The notes below the pieces were generated by a model. That model was not told where the DNA came from, did not search any database, and saw only the letters and a program-made list of their open reading frames with translations. DNA of 62,013 bases, counting the filler, from Rhabdomonas costata (lineage: Eukaryota), in NCBI GenBank assembly GCA_019059605.1. It is 30 parts of 30 records of this genome, joined end to end, with 100 filler letters (N's around TTAATTAATTAA, not from the genome) between each part and the next. Parts side by side here need not be neighbours in the genome. Positions count along the whole stretch, not along the records: positions 60,040 to 62,013 come from JAHMHO010006868.1; 29 more parts are not named here. The stretch is one strand, 5' to 3'. The position numbers and the translations under genes are program-made. This document shows, piece by piece, positions 60,384-62,013 of the stretch; within the stretch, counting starts at the first letter, position 1, and every line of letters starts with the position of its first letter.

Positions 60384-62013
60384 CGTTGAGATTAGCATGC
60401 CGAAGCAGCCGCAGCAGGCTGGGCATCCGTGGAAGCTCAGGAAAGGCCGGCTCCTCCCTCTTAGGGCTCTGGTTCTGAGGCAAGCTCGGGTAGACCTCGA
60501 TGAACTCCTGCAGCCGTACCGGGGGCGGGGCGGTGGTTTCGGACCCCCCGCTGCGAAGGTGGAGCTCGCGCTGCTGCTGGCGCCGCTGAAGAACGGTCTC
60601 CAGGCAGCCCACGATGTGCCGCTCCCTCAGAGTGAGCTCATCTGCCATCTTCTTGTCGTTCTCCCGCCACTGGAGGTTTTCGGTCAGGCGAACCTAAATG
60701 TCGCAACCATTGGAAGGGAAGGTACCCCAATGCCCACCCCCCTCCCCAAGTGGGCCAGGAATGGGAGGGAAGGAAGCAAACCAGCTGTCCCCCCGTTCAA
60801 AGTACAGGCCCGAACAACAGCAAAGAAGCGCACTGGAAGGAACTGGTCGTTCGGCTGGGGAAAAAGGGCGCAGGCCCCACACAGTTATAGAGAAGCGAGT
60901 GGGGGGTGGGGGTGAGGGGAAGCCGAAGCAAACTTCAGGTGACGGCTGAGGCGACGCTGCCCAGACACCCACCAATGCTGGCAACTTTAGAATAAGAATG
61001 CTGTATGCTGAACAGGAAGCTGGTTTCGAAGACACTGGGGCTCGTAGAAGGGGAGAGCAAGGGGAGTTCCCACACCACGTAAAACGCCGCTCTACCAAAA
61101 ACCAATTGCCTCATCTTCCAGCAGAAGCGTGTGTCGCCCCTTAACCCACCTCAAGATCAAGGAGCTCTCCTTCGACCCCTAATCCGCGTTGTTACCAAAG
61201 TTATGAGTTGCTATACCAAACATGAAACAACAAACAAGTGCATAAATTCAGACTCGCAAGCATAGGCAACGCCCTGTGCGGGGGCCCCTTAACCATCGCC
61301 TTATAACCATCTTGGAAATCACGGGACCGGGGGAAGGGATTGTGAGGGCCAGATCCTCCTTCGGATGCCGATTGTGATGAAATATTCAGCGGGTCAATTC
61401 AACATGGGACACACGATTTGTTTAGACCTGGGCTGCTAATGTTTGTCAACCAGACAATACCATCCAACAAAATCCATAAGCCCCAACTCGCCCCCATTTA
61501 AATCTCAAATGCTTCACGAAAAGGAGATCTCGTTCAGAAACAGTGTGTTCAATGGGGGCGATAGAAATGCCTCCCACGCGTTCGATTCTGAACGCGCTCG
61601 TCGTTTTGCATGTATATAGTCCCCCGACCGAGTAGACAAAGAATTGGTCCTGAGGGACACGTACATCACCTTAGCCATGCAAGATATTTATGAGGGGACA
61701 GATGCATGAGCTCCAGGGGATGGATCTGTACGTTCCAGGAGGTTTTGTCGCACTCGTAGTTCCTCAGTCGGAAGCTGTTCACTTTACAAATACTTTTGAA
61801 CAAATACTCGATCAAATAACAGGAATTCATCAATATCACGCGATACACGAAAAGTCGAAAGAAGAAGAGTGTAATAGTGAATAGTTTTCCAAACCCGCTT
61901 CACTCGAGCGTGAGGACGCCGGAGGATGCAGAGCATTGCGCTGTGCCTGCGCACCAAGGCCTTCCAGAAGGACAGGCTGTCTTGCTCCCCCACTACGGCG
62001 GCGTAGAGAGCGG
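60384..62013 (-). CDS. Unknown multi-exon protein fragments (~62013-61919, ~61775-61670, ~60690-60384)
   Basis: GC3-rich open blocks with plausible splice borders; no recognisable motif. Confidence 0.4.

Overview
This window is not one locus. It is 30 unrelated contigs of about 1.97 kb, joined by artificial 100-bp spacers (N44-TTAATTAATTAA-N44, with stops in all frames). Twenty-nine contigs are intron-rich, roughly 50% GC eukaryotic DNA. The organism is probably a euglenozoan (euglenid-like); this is inferred from a trypanosomatid-type PFK, PBP1 receptor and cyclase domains, and degenerate GT/GC-AG introns. Recognisable spliced gene fragments include RPL21, axonemal dynein heavy chain, TTLL1-like polyglutamylase, ISWI, a second SNF2 ATPase, PRP40, PFK, an SMC4 exon, a PPR protein, a histidine phosphatase, a class III cyclase, a kinase, a GH18-like protein and a WW+CCHC protein. 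The stand-out is contig 37266-39236. It is extremely AT-rich and intronless, and encodes a methyltransferase C-terminus fused to a two-TRD Type I (HsdS-like) specificity module resembling giant-virus (NCLDV) restriction-modification proteins. A 3' repeat/hairpin and a stop-riddled Cys-rich ORF follow it. Other notable items are an array of duplicated phase-1 symmetric exons, a TA-flanked MITE family, and contig-end fold-back artefacts.
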